57,547 bases of DNA from Pseudomonadota bacterium (GCA_027485595.1 JAIXQT010000132.1:1-57547); one strand, 5' to 3'; positions 44,873-54,284 are shown, counted from the first letter of the stretch. Numbers and translations are program-made. The notes: generated by a model from the letters alone, not told the origin.

Positions 44873-45060
44873 GGTAGTGACTACAACAGGTAACAAGCAG
44901 CTCGTGCGGCGCGCTAATGCTCCCGAACATTTAAACCGTTGTGACTGACGAAACCGACGGGCGTCATCAGCAGGAAACTTTGTAGGTAAGTAGCCCCTTT
45001 TGGCTGGTACCATCTACCAAACCAAGGGGGCGCGGGCTTGTAAGGCTAAAAACAGCCGCG

Positions 45061-45504
45061 TTAGTAATTCGGATGGCTCTTCGAGCTCCACCCGATTACC
45101 TCGTAGCCCTGCTTTTGCAAACAGTGCTCGACGAAGCGTTGGTAGGAAGGAGTGCGCTCATTCATCTTGCTCGCAGCGTGAAGGACACCAAGTACTCCGC
45201 CAACCGCGGCTCCGGCTCCTGTCGCTCGTCCCGCGTTGCTGCCGGTGATTACGCCTGCAAGTGCTCCAGTTCCAGCGCCCACAGCGCCACCAACGAGACC
45301 CTCTTTGGCCATTTCACCGTATTGGTTTGGCTGCTTAATGTATTCGTCCGCCAGCGAGAGGCAGTGATTGACATCGGCGTTTACCTGACCGCGAGCTGTT
45401 TTATTAAGCTTGTCGTTGGGAAAGAGGTCGGGAGTTTGTGGCGTCGTCATCGACGCGCAGCCAACCGAGCTGATCAATGTGAGTGCTACAAGTACTTTTC
45501 GCAT
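45061..45504 (-). CDS. glycine-zipper lipoprotein
   Basis: It has a lipobox (LISSVGC) and a Gly-zipper segment GGAVGAGTGALAGVITGSNAGRATGAGAAVGGVLG. Confidence 0.7.
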   Translation of the reverse strand: MRKVLVALTLISSVGCASMTTPQTPDLFPNDKLNKTARGQVNADVNHCLSLADEYIKQPNQYGEMAKEGLVGGAVGAGTGALAGVITGSNAGRATGAGAAVGGVLGVLHAASKMNERTPSYQRFVEHCLQKQGYEVIGWSSKSHPNY

Positions 45505-45651
45505 ACTTCCTCTACACGGGTTAAGTTCGACTTAGGAAACTCTTGAGTGTTCCACCTCAAACATCGCCTCCTGGGTGCTTCCCTGGTAAGGCTGGGTCCG
45601 GTATGGCTCACCAGATAAATTCTTAGCGTAACTTATCAAAGGCCACAATAA

Positions 45652-46020
45652 TTATACGTTGCCGAGGTACGCGACACACTTTCGCTTAATTGCCGCTATC
45701 TTGGCATCGATTCGGTCATTGTAAACGCCTGTCGCCACCTCGGCTCTATCCTGCTCATCACCGGTAATGACGCCAGCCACGGCTGAGAATGGAATGACGG
45801 CCCGAGCTCCCGAGAGTATCTGTTTTGCCACGGAGGCCCTTTCCTCTTCAAGGATAGCTATATCGTGCTTTGCCGTTGAGCAATTAATGGGGGCGTTAAG
45901 CTTCTCCTTCACCGCTGGATCGATGGTTGGCATCGGTGAGTGGTTGGTCCGGGCGCAGCCCATACACAACGTTCCACAAAGGAGCGCTGAAGCGGTAACC
46001 TGAAGCAGTTTTGTTTTCAT
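45652..46020 (-). CDS. hypothetical lipoprotein
   Basis: It has a signal peptide with a lipobox (LCMGC). Length is 122 aa. Confidence 0.55.
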   Translation of the reverse strand: MKTKLLQVTASALLCGTLCMGCARTNHSPMPTIDPAVKEKLNAPINCSTAKHDIAILEEERASVAKQILSGARAVIPFSAVAGVITGDEQDRAEVATGVYNDRIDAKIAAIKRKCVAYLGNV

Positions 46021-46122
46021 TCGATGTTCTTATGTATGAAAGAATACGTCAGGGATCTGATAGCCTGGGATAAGGGAAACCTCAAGTGAAACTGTGGGTC
46101 AGGGTAGGGAGCGCTTCAGTTT

Positions 46123-46620
46123 TCATGGTGATTCCGAGAGCAGAAGATTGAGATCCAGGGGCTCGGTGGTCATCGCAAGCTCTCCGTGCGCGTCTCGCGG
46201 CCAGCTCTCGTGGGGCTTATCCCAGTAAAGCTCAAGACCGTTCCCATCTGGGTCGCTGAGGTATATCGCTTCGCTTACTCCGTGGTCGGCTGCCCCCTGC
46301 AGTCGAATGCCGGCGCGCATGAGCCGTTTGAGCGCGTCGGCTAAGTCTCCTCGCGTGGGATAGAGGATCGCGACGTGGTACAGGCCGGTGCATGAGGGGG
46401 GAGGGGGTGCACCGTCCTTACTCTCCCACGTATTGAGACCGATGTGGTGGTGATATCCTCCGGCAGAGAGGAATACCGCGTTTTTTCCGTATCGCTGGGT
46501 TACTTCAAAGCCGAGCACCCCCTGGTAAAAAGCCAACGAGCGATCAAGGTCGGCGACTTTGAGGTGAACGTGCCCGATCCGCGCGCCGGGAGAGATAGGA
46601 GATGCGGGATGTGCTGACAT
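46123..46620 (-). CDS. VOC-family (glyoxalase/bleomycin-resistance/extradiol dioxygenase fold) protein
   Basis: IGHVHLKVADLDRSLAFYQGVLGFEV...HHIGLN...HVAILY...GVSEAIYLSDPDGNGLEL is the typical pattern of paired beta-alpha-beta-beta-beta modules. Confidence 0.85.
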   Translation of the reverse strand: MSAHPASPISPGARIGHVHLKVADLDRSLAFYQGVLGFEVTQRYGKNAVFLSAGGYHHHIGLNTWESKDGAPPPPSCTGLYHVAILYPTRGDLADALKRLMRAGIRLQGAADHGVSEAIYLSDPDGNGLELYWDKPHESWPRDAHGELAMTTEPLDLNLLLSESP

Positions 46621-46722
46621 AGGGGACGACCTTACGTTGTCTCAGCCCTGCCCACAATGACCCCTAAGGAAGCGAGGCAAAACCCCTCCCTGCTGCGAAA
46701 GCGTATCTTGGGTCGCTCTTCA

Positions 46723-46794
46723 ATTTTCAGCACGTGAAAAAATCCTCATTGTATCTTGGCGGATACACCAGAGGTTTTTTCACGCACTGAAAAT
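46723..46794. repeat. stand-alone copy (G) of the inner palindromic module of the MITE long form
   Basis: ATTTTCAGCACGTGAAAAAATCCTCATTGTATCttggcgGATACACCAGAGGTTTTTTCACGCACTGAAAAT is a long imperfect hairpin. Its core is homologous to 8126-8175 of copy A. Confidence 0.65.
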
Positions 46795-46999
46795 CGAATA
46801 TCAACCCAATCTCCACTTTCTCGCTACGGGTTGGTTTTGTCTCGATTTCCTAAACTTCTGTTTGAGCGGTCGAGACTCCACCACATCATCCGGAACCAGC
46901 GTATGGCCCCAGTCGCCTCCTATGGGGTGCTGCACTGCAACCTTTAACGCCTCAACATCATCAATAGTAGTACACAATGACCTATGCCAAAGGCTCAAT

Positions 47000-47224
47000 A
47001 TGACTGAGGAGTGGGATATCGCGGATGCCCTTTTCGAGTTGCGACAACGGTATGTTGAGCGATGTGGGCCTCTGCATCCGATCGTCGCGGACCTCGACCC
47101 GGAGCTGCTCTACGTCATCTTGGAGATGGCGTTGGAAGATGGGGTGGAGATCGATGTCGCGTCTATTGAGCGTGCGTTGAGTGAGGTAGATGACCGAGTC
47201 TCTCTATTCAAGGAGCTTTGTTGA
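47000..47224 (+). CDS. small acidic hypothetical protein (74 aa)
   Basis: MTEEWDIADALFELRQRYVERCGPLHPIVADLDPELLYVILEMALEDG... It overlaps the next ORF start by a few nt, which suggests a two-gene unit. Confidence 0.4.
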   Translation: MTEEWDIADALFELRQRYVERCGPLHPIVADLDPELLYVILEMALEDGVEIDVASIERALSEVDDRVSLFKELC

Positions 47225-48084
47225 GCATGGCGCGCCAGGAAACGCTCTCCCGCACCCCAACGCAAGGCTCCAGTCCAGGTGGTGAGGGGCTCTCACTTCC
47301 ACTTACAGCGCGAAGTTACTCGACGAGTACGCAGTCTCTCGAGGCCCTCGCTGAGATATCCCGTAGCGTTGAGAAAAAGACTGGATGGCATGTAGACCTG
47401 TCAGAGGTCGCGGTCAGGGTCGTGTCCTCCCCAGAGCTGCAACGTCGATCTCGTGAGGACGTTGCTCGACGAACGGGTATTCCCGTTGGTGTGCCGCAAC
47501 CTTCAGAGACTTCTTCGCTCGCAAGCGCTCTCGTGAGCGCGCGTCATAGTGGTGTTGTGGCTGTGTACCTCCCCTCCGAGAAAGCTCTGATCGTCAACGA
47601 AGAGAGCGTGGGACGAATCTCACATGATGCCCTCAAGAGTACGCTCCACTATGAGCTCACGCGAGCCGCTCAACATCAGCGCTATCCTGAATTTATAGCG
47701 AGCGTCGATAATCTTGCGAGGGAGCGCCGACTTCTAGGGAAGCACGGAGCGGATGTGCCAGCTGAAGAACGGGAGCGTCGACTCGCCGTTCTGACCGACA
47801 AGGCGCAGGCGCGAATGGCTCTCATCGAGGGGCAAGCTCTGGAGCTTCGGCGAATGTACGAAATTGAGGCCGGACTTCATTCAGAGATACGGATGGGGCC
47901 GGTCGAGGTGGCGTTGGGATTGCCAGCGAGACTCGTCGACATTGAGAGAGAGACGATCGTGAGCTACTGCCGTGGTCAAGCGATCTTCGCGAAGATCCAC
48001 GCCATAGGGGCTCACGAGGTCGATCGTCTCTTCAAAGCCCCCCACATTGTTGATCAGGTGTTTGGAGCGCGTCGCCCTGAGTAA
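47218..48084 (+). CDS. hypothetical protein
   Basis: 288-aa ORF that looks soluble. The segment LHYELTRAAQHQ is not a canonical HExxH. I recognise no family. Confidence 0.5.
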   Translation: MLSMARQETLSRTPTQGSSPGGEGLSLPLTARSYSTSTQSLEALAEISRSVEKKTGWHVDLSEVAVRVVSSPELQRRSREDVARRTGIPVGVPQPSETSSLASALVSARHSGVVAVYLPSEKALIVNEESVGRISHDALKSTLHYELTRAAQHQRYPEFIASVDNLARERRLLGKHGADVPAEERERRLAVLTDKAQARMALIEGQALELRRMYEIEAGLHSEIRMGPVEVALGLPARLVDIERETIVSYCRGQAIFAKIHAIGAHEVDRLFKAPHIVDQVFGARRPE

Positions 48085-48102
48085 GGCCTTACGGCCGATT
48101 CG

Positions 48103-48858
48103 TCACGGTCTCGCTGATCGATCGTCTCGTCCGAAGTAGATCTCTTGTAATCGTTCGTCACTGCGAACACGTTCTGGTGTGTCATCCAGCACTACTCTCC
48201 CTTCTTCAAGAACCACGATACGGTCGCAGAACTTTTGAATGAAGGTGATGTCGTGTTCGATAATGAGCACGGTTTTACCCATCGATTGGAGGTTTCTGAT
48301 GCTCTGCGCGATATCCTCCTTCATGCGGGGAGAGACACCGGCGGTAGGCTCATCAAGTAGAAAGAGATCCGACCCAAGCGCGAGGGTTCGAACAATTTCA
48401 AGAAGTCGCATCTGTCCTCCTGACAGGGAGCTTGCTTTTTCGCGCGCTTTTCCATCAAGTCCAACATCCTTGAGGAATGTCATCGATCTCTCGATTGTCT
48501 CCCGTGTTCTCTTCGACCACGGGAGAAAGCCTGCGGACGTGTCCCGGCGAGACTCAAGCGCAAGCTGAATATTTTCGAGTAGGGACATCTCTCGGAATAT
48601 CCCGAAGTTTTGAAAGACCCGACCGAGGCCGCGTTGCGCGCGCAGGTACGGCTCCAGATGATCGATTCGCTCGCCACGAAGGGTAATAGTACCTTTGCGG
48701 CAGGGCGCGAAGCCTGAGATGCAATTAAAGAGGGTAGTCTTTCCGCTACCGTTTGGCCCGATGACACCAACTGTCTCCCCGCCTCGCACTGAGCAGGAAA
48801 TTCCGTTGAGCACGTGCGCACTTCGAAATGAAACGAAGATGTCAGATAGTTCAAGCAT
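48103..48858 (-). CDS. livG: branched-chain amino acid-type ABC transporter ATP-binding protein (LivG-like)
   Basis: It has Walker A GPNGSGKTT, signature LSGGQMRLLEI and Walker B LFLLDEPTAGV. The ATG at 48858 follows the livM stop. The ORF frame is open to 48903. Confidence 0.85.
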   Translation of the reverse strand: MLELSDIFVSFRSAHVLNGISCSVRGGETVGVIGPNGSGKTTLFNCISGFAPCRKGTITLRGERIDHLEPYLRAQRGLGRVFQNFGIFREMSLLENIQLALESRRDTSAGFLPWSKRTRETIERSMTFLKDVGLDGKAREKASSLSGGQMRLLEIVRTLALGSDLFLLDEPTAGVSPRMKEDIAQSIRNLQSMGKTVLIIEHDITFIQKFCDRIVVLEEGRVVLDDTPERVRSDERLQEIYFGRDDRSARP

Positions 48859-48860
48859 GG

Positions 48861-49757
48861 CTACACCGTACGTCGTTGAGGAAAAAGTTTGTCTCGTTTC
48901 CACCAGACAACTCCGAAGAGAATAAGCGCATGAAGGAGTTGCCTCATCGGGCCGAGATAGGTTGAGCTGATATCGAGAAATCGAAGGGGCTCAGGGAGGA
49001 GAACGAGAAAGAGAGTGGCGCCGATAACGCCTCCGAACGAGCCCGGACTACCAACGATGACGATCGTCAGAATAAACACCATCTCCCCGAGTCCGAAGGA
49101 AGATGGGTCGATATAATTGAGGTAATACGAGAAGAAGCTCCCCGCTAATCCCGCGAACGCCGAAGAGACGCAAAATGCGATGTTTCGAGTCCGACGGGTG
49201 TTTTTACCAAGAGAGGCAGCAGCTCGTTCGAACTCCGCGAGCGCTCTGAGCGACCGACCACATGGGCTATTATAGAGGCAGTAGAGTATAGCTTGGGTGA
49301 TGACAGCGAAGATTCCAATCAAGGCCAAAAAGTTACCGTTGTCGTAGAAGTCGATCCCCAAAAGCTCCGGTCGAGGGATCCCCGGTATCCCGAGCACTCC
49401 GTGGGTCACGCTCTTCCAGTTAATCAGAAGCGCTGATACGACGGCGCTGAAGGCGAGCGTACCGATCGCGAAGTAGTCGGTCGTGAGGCGCAGGGATATG
49501 GCGCCCAAGAGGGTCGCGAACGCAGCGCAGAGCGAGATGCTCACCGCCACGCAGACGGTGAAGGAAGCGGAGTGCTCGGTTGATAAGAGTGCTGTTGCGT
49601 AGGCGCCGACGGCGTACGACGCGACGTGGGCCAGATTGAAGAGCTGACCGAGTCCGACGGTGAGGTTCAAGCTTTGCGCTAGTATCAGATAGAGAGATAC
49701 CAGTATCGCCAAGTGAACACCGTAGTCGGAGGTAAGTATCTCAATCATGTTCGTCAT
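48861..49757 (-). CDS. livM: branched-chain amino acid-type ABC transporter permease (LivM-like)
   Basis: It is a multi-TM permease. Met38 (about 49757) overlaps the livH stop (ATGA-type coupling). The ORF frame is open to 49868. Confidence 0.85.
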   Translation of the reverse strand: MTNMIEILTSDYGVHLAILVSLYLILAQSLNLTVGLGQLFNLAHVASYAVGAYATALLSTEHSASFTVCVAVSISLCAAFATLLGAISLRLTTDYFAIGTLAFSAVVSALLINWKSVTHGVLGIPGIPRPELLGIDFYDNGNFLALIGIFAVITQAILYCLYNSPCGRSLRALAEFERAAASLGKNTRRTRNIAFCVSSAFAGLAGSFFSYYLNYIDPSSFGLGEMVFILTIVIVGSPGSFGGVIGATLFLVLLPEPLRFLDISSTYLGPMRQLLHALILFGVVWWKRDKLFPQRRTV

Positions 49758-50647
49758 GTTGCTCTCGACCGCGTTCCAAAGAGTCCGTGTGGTCTGAGGA
49801 GGAGCACCCCGAGAATAACTAAGAAAGCGAACGCGTCTTTGTAGCCCGCCGGAAGTGAGTATCCCCAAAAGTCTAATCCAATAGAGAGGTTCTCGATCAA
49901 TCCAAGGATGTAGGCTCCCAAAACCGTGCCCCAGATATTGCCAAGCCCCCCCAGTACCATCGCGGCGAAGGCCTTAATAGAATACGAGCTTCCCATCGTT
50001 GGTTGAATGTTAGTCTCGTATCCAACGAGAATGCCGGCGTATGCTCCGAGGAGCGTCCCAAGTATACATACCCCGTAGGTGATGAGCGTGACCGAGATAC
50101 CGAGACTCTCAGCCGCGGAGCGGTTTTCAGCGATGGCTCTTACTTTTCTACCGAGGCTCGTTTGATGAACGAGGAATGCTAAGGTTCCAAGGATAAGAAG
50201 AGCCGACACGACGATCGCGCATTGAAAGGGAGTAATGTACACGCCGCGCACCTCCATGCTGTTCGAACTAGCGGAGGATGGAAATGAGCGGACATTGACG
50301 CCGAAGATCATCGATACCGCACACTCCAGGATGGTGCCGAGCGCGATAGTGGTAATGAAGGGGAGTAGGGTGCTGGATTGAACGAACGGTAGTATGAAGA
50401 TTCGTAACATCACAAAACCGACCGCCATCATGCAGAGGGTCGAGTAGAGGACCGCGGTCGGGAATGAGAGTTCGAGCTGACCGTAGAAAAGCAGGAAGCA
50501 ATACGCTCCCAGCATCATGATATGGCCGTGCGCAAAGTTTAAAATTCTCAGCAAGCTGTAGGTAAGCGCGAGACCGGCGCTCGCCAACGCATATATGCTC
50601 CCGGTAATCAGTGAATTAACTAAGAGTTGCGGAAGGATCGAGAGCAT
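49754..50647 (-). CDS. livH: branched-chain amino acid-type ABC transporter permease (LivH-like)
   Basis: MLSILPQLLVNSLITGSIYALASAGLALTYSLLRILNFAHGHIMMLGAY is the typical LivH N-terminus. Confidence 0.9.
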   Translation of the reverse strand: MLSILPQLLVNSLITGSIYALASAGLALTYSLLRILNFAHGHIMMLGAYCFLLFYGQLELSFPTAVLYSTLCMMAVGFVMLRIFILPFVQSSTLLPFITTIALGTILECAVSMIFGVNVRSFPSSASSNSMEVRGVYITPFQCAIVVSALLILGTLAFLVHQTSLGRKVRAIAENRSAAESLGISVTLITYGVCILGTLLGAYAGILVGYETNIQPTMGSSYSIKAFAAMVLGGLGNIWGTVLGAYILGLIENLSIGLDFWGYSLPAGYKDAFAFLVILGVLLLRPHGLFGTRSRAT

Positions 50648-50963
50648 GGCGAAAGTATATAGAGTGAACCGAGATGTGTCATCGATGAAGTGGGTATGAG
50701 AGTCGAAGTACGGCTCGAGCTTTTGTCAGTTCGGAGCGCGCACCGGGCTTTTCGCGCGGGTGATATCTCAGGATAGAAGCATCATAGATGTGCGCCTCCT
50801 ACCCCGTTGTTTCGCTCGATGACACCCAAAGAGATTTCGCGGAATGGCTGCAAATCGCGAGGTCTACAATCTCTTGCTTTTCGTGGCGCCGCTAAGAAGG
50901 ATCGGTATCGTTCGAGTTGAATGAAGCATGCACGGCCAGGCGTCGCCTAAAGGAGCTTGAAGG

Positions 50964-52481
50964 CTACCTCTGCTTGCAGACGTTTGTCTTGGTACACTGG
51001 CGTATGAGGTTGTTCAGTCCTGTTCGGACGGATGCTATGGTGCGTGCTGTTTCTCCGGGGCGATTCGAGGGGTCTTTGTTAATTCCCCGCTCCTTGTAAC
51101 AACTCTGCACCTGTTGAGCGGCGAACGTCGCCTCCGCCTCAAGCGCCGCAAACTGGGGCGAGAGAGCCTTGACATCATTGGCGTATGAAACAGTTATGCA
51201 ACTTCCCTTACATACCTCTATTCCCTGGCGGAATATGGTCTGAGCGCTCTTTGTAATGATCGAATAGGCTTTGGAAGCCCTCTTGCTCGAGGACTTGAGG
51301 CTTATCGGACATTTCTTGGCCTTTGCGCGTCGAACGTCAGCTGTATGCCGGGCACGGAGAAGGCTCGCTTTCTCTATGAGGCTTTTTTCAAAGCTCAAGA
51401 TCTTTTGGGTTGGTTTGACGAGGGGGCAGCCGTTTATGCCGACCGTGCAATCGTCGATCTTTTTGGTTGTGCCACCGCAGACGCCGCATATATCCCGCTG
51501 GTCAACGTAGGTGTAGGGGGCCGGAGCGTTCAGACACGTGCCGCATTTATCAAGGGAACCCCCAGGAAATCGATACGATGCCTCGCCTGGGCACAAACCG
51601 CATCCATCTTGAATCGAATTTGACTCGTATGAATATCCTGTAGGGCCGGCAAGACAGATGCCGCATCTATCAGTTCCTTTTTTGGCGTTCGCGCTCTCAT
51701 GACATACCGAGCACTCATCGATAGCGCGCCCACTCGCGTCTGGCACAGCGGAACAATTTCCGTTGGTGATGAGTGGAGCCAAGATGATATCAGGGGCCCT
51801 GGCATTCACGTCACCTCGGAAGCTGAGGGATATCGCGCCCACATGAGTAACGTCGGCGGGTCCGTTTGGACCGATCGTTGTCGCTGTTGTGAACGTCAAT
51901 CCAAGGGGTGCTGGCACCGTGGCGGCACCTGCGCTTGCGAACAACGAGTAGGGGAGCGTCATGTAAAACGGCTCGGGCTCCGCGTAGAACTGATCTAGCG
52001 TGATAGAGACCTCAGAAAAGCGTGAGCCGTCCGGGTTTCTTGAATCGTATAAGCGAAGTTTGAGTTGGATTGTTTGGTTCGATGGATAGTCGAAGAACAT
52101 TAACCCAATCTTAAAGGCTGTTCCGCCGTCTTGGGTAAGGTCGACCTGCCCCAACCCGTTTGGTTTCACAGTGGAGGGGTCGGTGTCACCATCCCAGACA
52201 ACCGAAGCGAACCCTGTGTGGGCCCCCTGAGTATATCCGATCGAGGAATCTACCACCTCAAGGCGTGAGATGCCTGTACCTGAACCGGACTTCGTCGCCG
52301 AGAGCGAACGTCCGCCGCCAATCGCGTGTGATGACGGAAGGTAGACTGTTTTAGTTGCGCCGACCGTTGATGTGGAAGAGACAGTCCCGTCGTCTGTGAA
52401 TCCGTCAAGCGTCAACGCCATGCCCGGTGTGGCTAAGAGCAGAGTGGCCGCTATGGAGAGAGCAAGTCGGAAGACGTACAT
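50964..52481 (-). CDS. secreted protein with an N-terminal beta-rich domain, five D-x-C-G/S-x-C repeats and a basic Cys-containing C-terminal domain
   Basis: It has a signal peptide (LLLATPGMA). The repeats are IDECSVC, TDRCGIC, QDGCGLC, LDKCGTC and RDICGVCGG, at residues about 255-337. Confidence 0.6.
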   Translation of the reverse strand: MYVFRLALSIAATLLLATPGMALTLDGFTDDGTVSSTSTVGATKTVYLPSSHAIGGGRSLSATKSGSGTGISRLEVVDSSIGYTQGAHTGFASVVWDGDTDPSTVKPNGLGQVDLTQDGGTAFKIGLMFFDYPSNQTIQLKLRLYDSRNPDGSRFSEVSITLDQFYAEPEPFYMTLPYSLFASAGAATVPAPLGLTFTTATTIGPNGPADVTHVGAISLSFRGDVNARAPDIILAPLITNGNCSAVPDASGRAIDECSVCHESANAKKGTDRCGICLAGPTGYSYESNSIQDGCGLCPGEASYRFPGGSLDKCGTCLNAPAPYTYVDQRDICGVCGGTTKKIDDCTVGINGCPLVKPTQKILSFEKSLIEKASLLRARHTADVRRAKAKKCPISLKSSSKRASKAYSIITKSAQTIFRQGIEVCKGSCITVSYANDVKALSPQFAALEAEATFAAQQVQSCYKERGINKDPSNRPGETARTIASVRTGLNNLIRQCTKTNVCKQR

Positions 52482-52614
52482 GGAAGTGATAACCTCAGCT
52501 TCGAGATGCTATCACCCACGGTATGGCCTCACAATCGGGATTGCGTTTGTGACACCTTCCTCCACTGGAAGGGCGGAGCCCTGTTTTGCATGTGCGGATG
52601 GGCCCTTGTCCCCC

Positions 52615-54036
52615 TCAATGAGACGTGTGGTGCCTAAACAGATCCTGCGGAATCGCGATGAAACCGTCCGCTGGCAACTCCTCAAGCTTCGCGAGCGCCG
52701 CCATGAATGAGCTGTGCTGTTCGAGAGGTACCACGCTACCATCTCTTCGCAGCACATGAATTGCGGACGTTAGATCCTTTTTGAGGTTCACTGGGGCAGG
52801 CCGCACCTCACAATAGAAGTAGTTCGGATCGAGTGATGATGTTTCGACCATCTTTCTGAGAATGGCTCGATTCTCATCATGTAGCTCGAAGTGTCGAAAG
52901 GGCTGCCTCCGAAGTACGCGCTGAGAGAGCTCTCGAAGGGTTGTGTCTTCACTGCGAGCCCATTGCATCAGGTGGTATTCCCACCACGGCTCAATCATTT
53001 CAAGGATAGTTTCTCCTGAGAGCTCACATCCGTGCCTCGCGCCCAAAACCTTGCCCATCACCTGATCGCAAAACTCGAGGTCTCCAGCTTGATAGAGGTC
53101 CCGCGCGCGCTGTCCGATCTTCTCCTGCATGTACTCGCCAATTCGGCAGGTCGGGTGACGATAGACGTTGCGGTAGAGATTCGCTCGTGAGGTGAAGAAT
53201 GGCTCAAGCGCGGGGACCCCGTTTTCCTTTATGACGAACTCTCCATCGTCCGAGATGGTGAGGTATTTCCTTATGATGGCAAGGTCGTAGTGACCATATT
53301 GAACCCCCGTGAAGAACCCGTCCCGTCGAACCCAATCACCCCGGTCCGTATTCCAACCACCTGACGTAATAATTTGCCATGTCCATCTTGGAACGGAGGG
53401 GTCTTCCGCGACGACCTTGTCGAGCTTTTCAGCGCCATCGGTGCCGAGGCATCGCTCAAGAGCCGAGCGAAAGCCTGGGTCTTTCTTGATGAGTTGATGA
53501 GACATCGCCTCATGGGCGTCCGGTTGTCCTGGAAACCACACCCGATGTGCGACATGTGAGCCTGGCGCGATGTGTCCGATATCGTGAGTCATCGCGAACG
53601 CCACGACAGCTGGGCCCCATTCTGCAATCTCCGCGCGAATTTTCGGGCTTACGTTATAGCTGATGTTCTCCAAGATATCGGCGGTAATGCAGGCGCAGCC
53701 GATAACGTGACCGAATCGCGGCTGCATCGCGTCCGGGTAGACCCAATACGCGGTTGAGAGCTGCCCGATCTTCTTCATCCTCTGGAGAGCAGGAGTGTCC
53801 ATGAGATCCATGATCGGTCGGTGAAGGGGGTTGGCGCGATTGAGGTCAATGCCGTGAAGTGGATCCGTAGCGGAACGAATGAGGCGTGCCTGATCCTGCT
53901 TTCCGGCAAATTCAAGGTAGCGTTGTCTCGCCTGAAATTGCTCGCGTTCTAGTTCGGCCGAGATACCGAAAACCGGGCTGGTAGTTCGTTGGGGGTGTTG
54001 ACCCGGTAAGTGTCCCTGGGTTGCGGCTGGCTTCAT
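52615..54036 (-). CDS. HD-domain phosphohydrolase, SAMHD1/EF1143-like (COG1078-type putative dNTP triphosphohydrolase)
   Basis: The motifs are LQRMKKIGQLSTAYWVYPDAMQPRFGHVIG, AFAMTHDIGHIAPGSH, NTDRGDWVRRDGFFTGV and ANLYRNVYRHPT. They follow the order of the COG1078 HD motifs but with variant residues. Confidence 0.7.
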   Translation of the reverse strand: MKPAATQGHLPGQHPQRTTSPVFGISAELEREQFQARQRYLEFAGKQDQARLIRSATDPLHGIDLNRANPLHRPIMDLMDTPALQRMKKIGQLSTAYWVYPDAMQPRFGHVIGCACITADILENISYNVSPKIRAEIAEWGPAVVAFAMTHDIGHIAPGSHVAHRVWFPGQPDAHEAMSHQLIKKDPGFRSALERCLGTDGAEKLDKVVAEDPSVPRWTWQIITSGGWNTDRGDWVRRDGFFTGVQYGHYDLAIIRKYLTISDDGEFVIKENGVPALEPFFTSRANLYRNVYRHPTCRIGEYMQEKIGQRARDLYQAGDLEFCDQVMGKVLGARHGCELSGETILEMIEPWWEYHLMQWARSEDTTLRELSQRVLRRQPFRHFELHDENRAILRKMVETSSLDPNYFYCEVRPAPVNLKKDLTSAIHVLRRDGSVVPLEQHSSFMAALAKLEELPADGFIAIPQDLFRHHTSH

Positions 54037-54284
54037 GATTATCTTTACAACGTCATTGTTCGCGGTTCAAAGCGCCTGGAGGTGGAACGCGGAGTCGTAA
54101 AGTAGACGAGCAAAAGGTGTTTGTGAAGGGGGATGCGAGGGCTTCAGCGCGAGAGGTGCGAGGATAACTTAGATGTAAGAGCTTATTGTGTGGGATTCTC
54201 AGGGATTTGCGCCCTTGCGGTCCAATCAAGGGGGCATGGTATAATCAGGACGTCGGTTTCGACCATTTTACGTCAGAGGTACCT

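Noticed and set aside
41339-45011. A 13-nt direct repeat TTTGGCTGGTACC occurs at 41339-41351 and 44999-45011. Each copy lies in a hairpin loop, and together they bracket the low-GC islet, so they could be att sites.
   Set aside because: By my estimate, tens of exact 13-mer pairs are expected by chance in a 57.5-kb window. No integrase is present. Similarity beyond the 13 nt is limited to ATCTAC. It is worth a look only if comparative genomes show the islet excised exactly at these sites.
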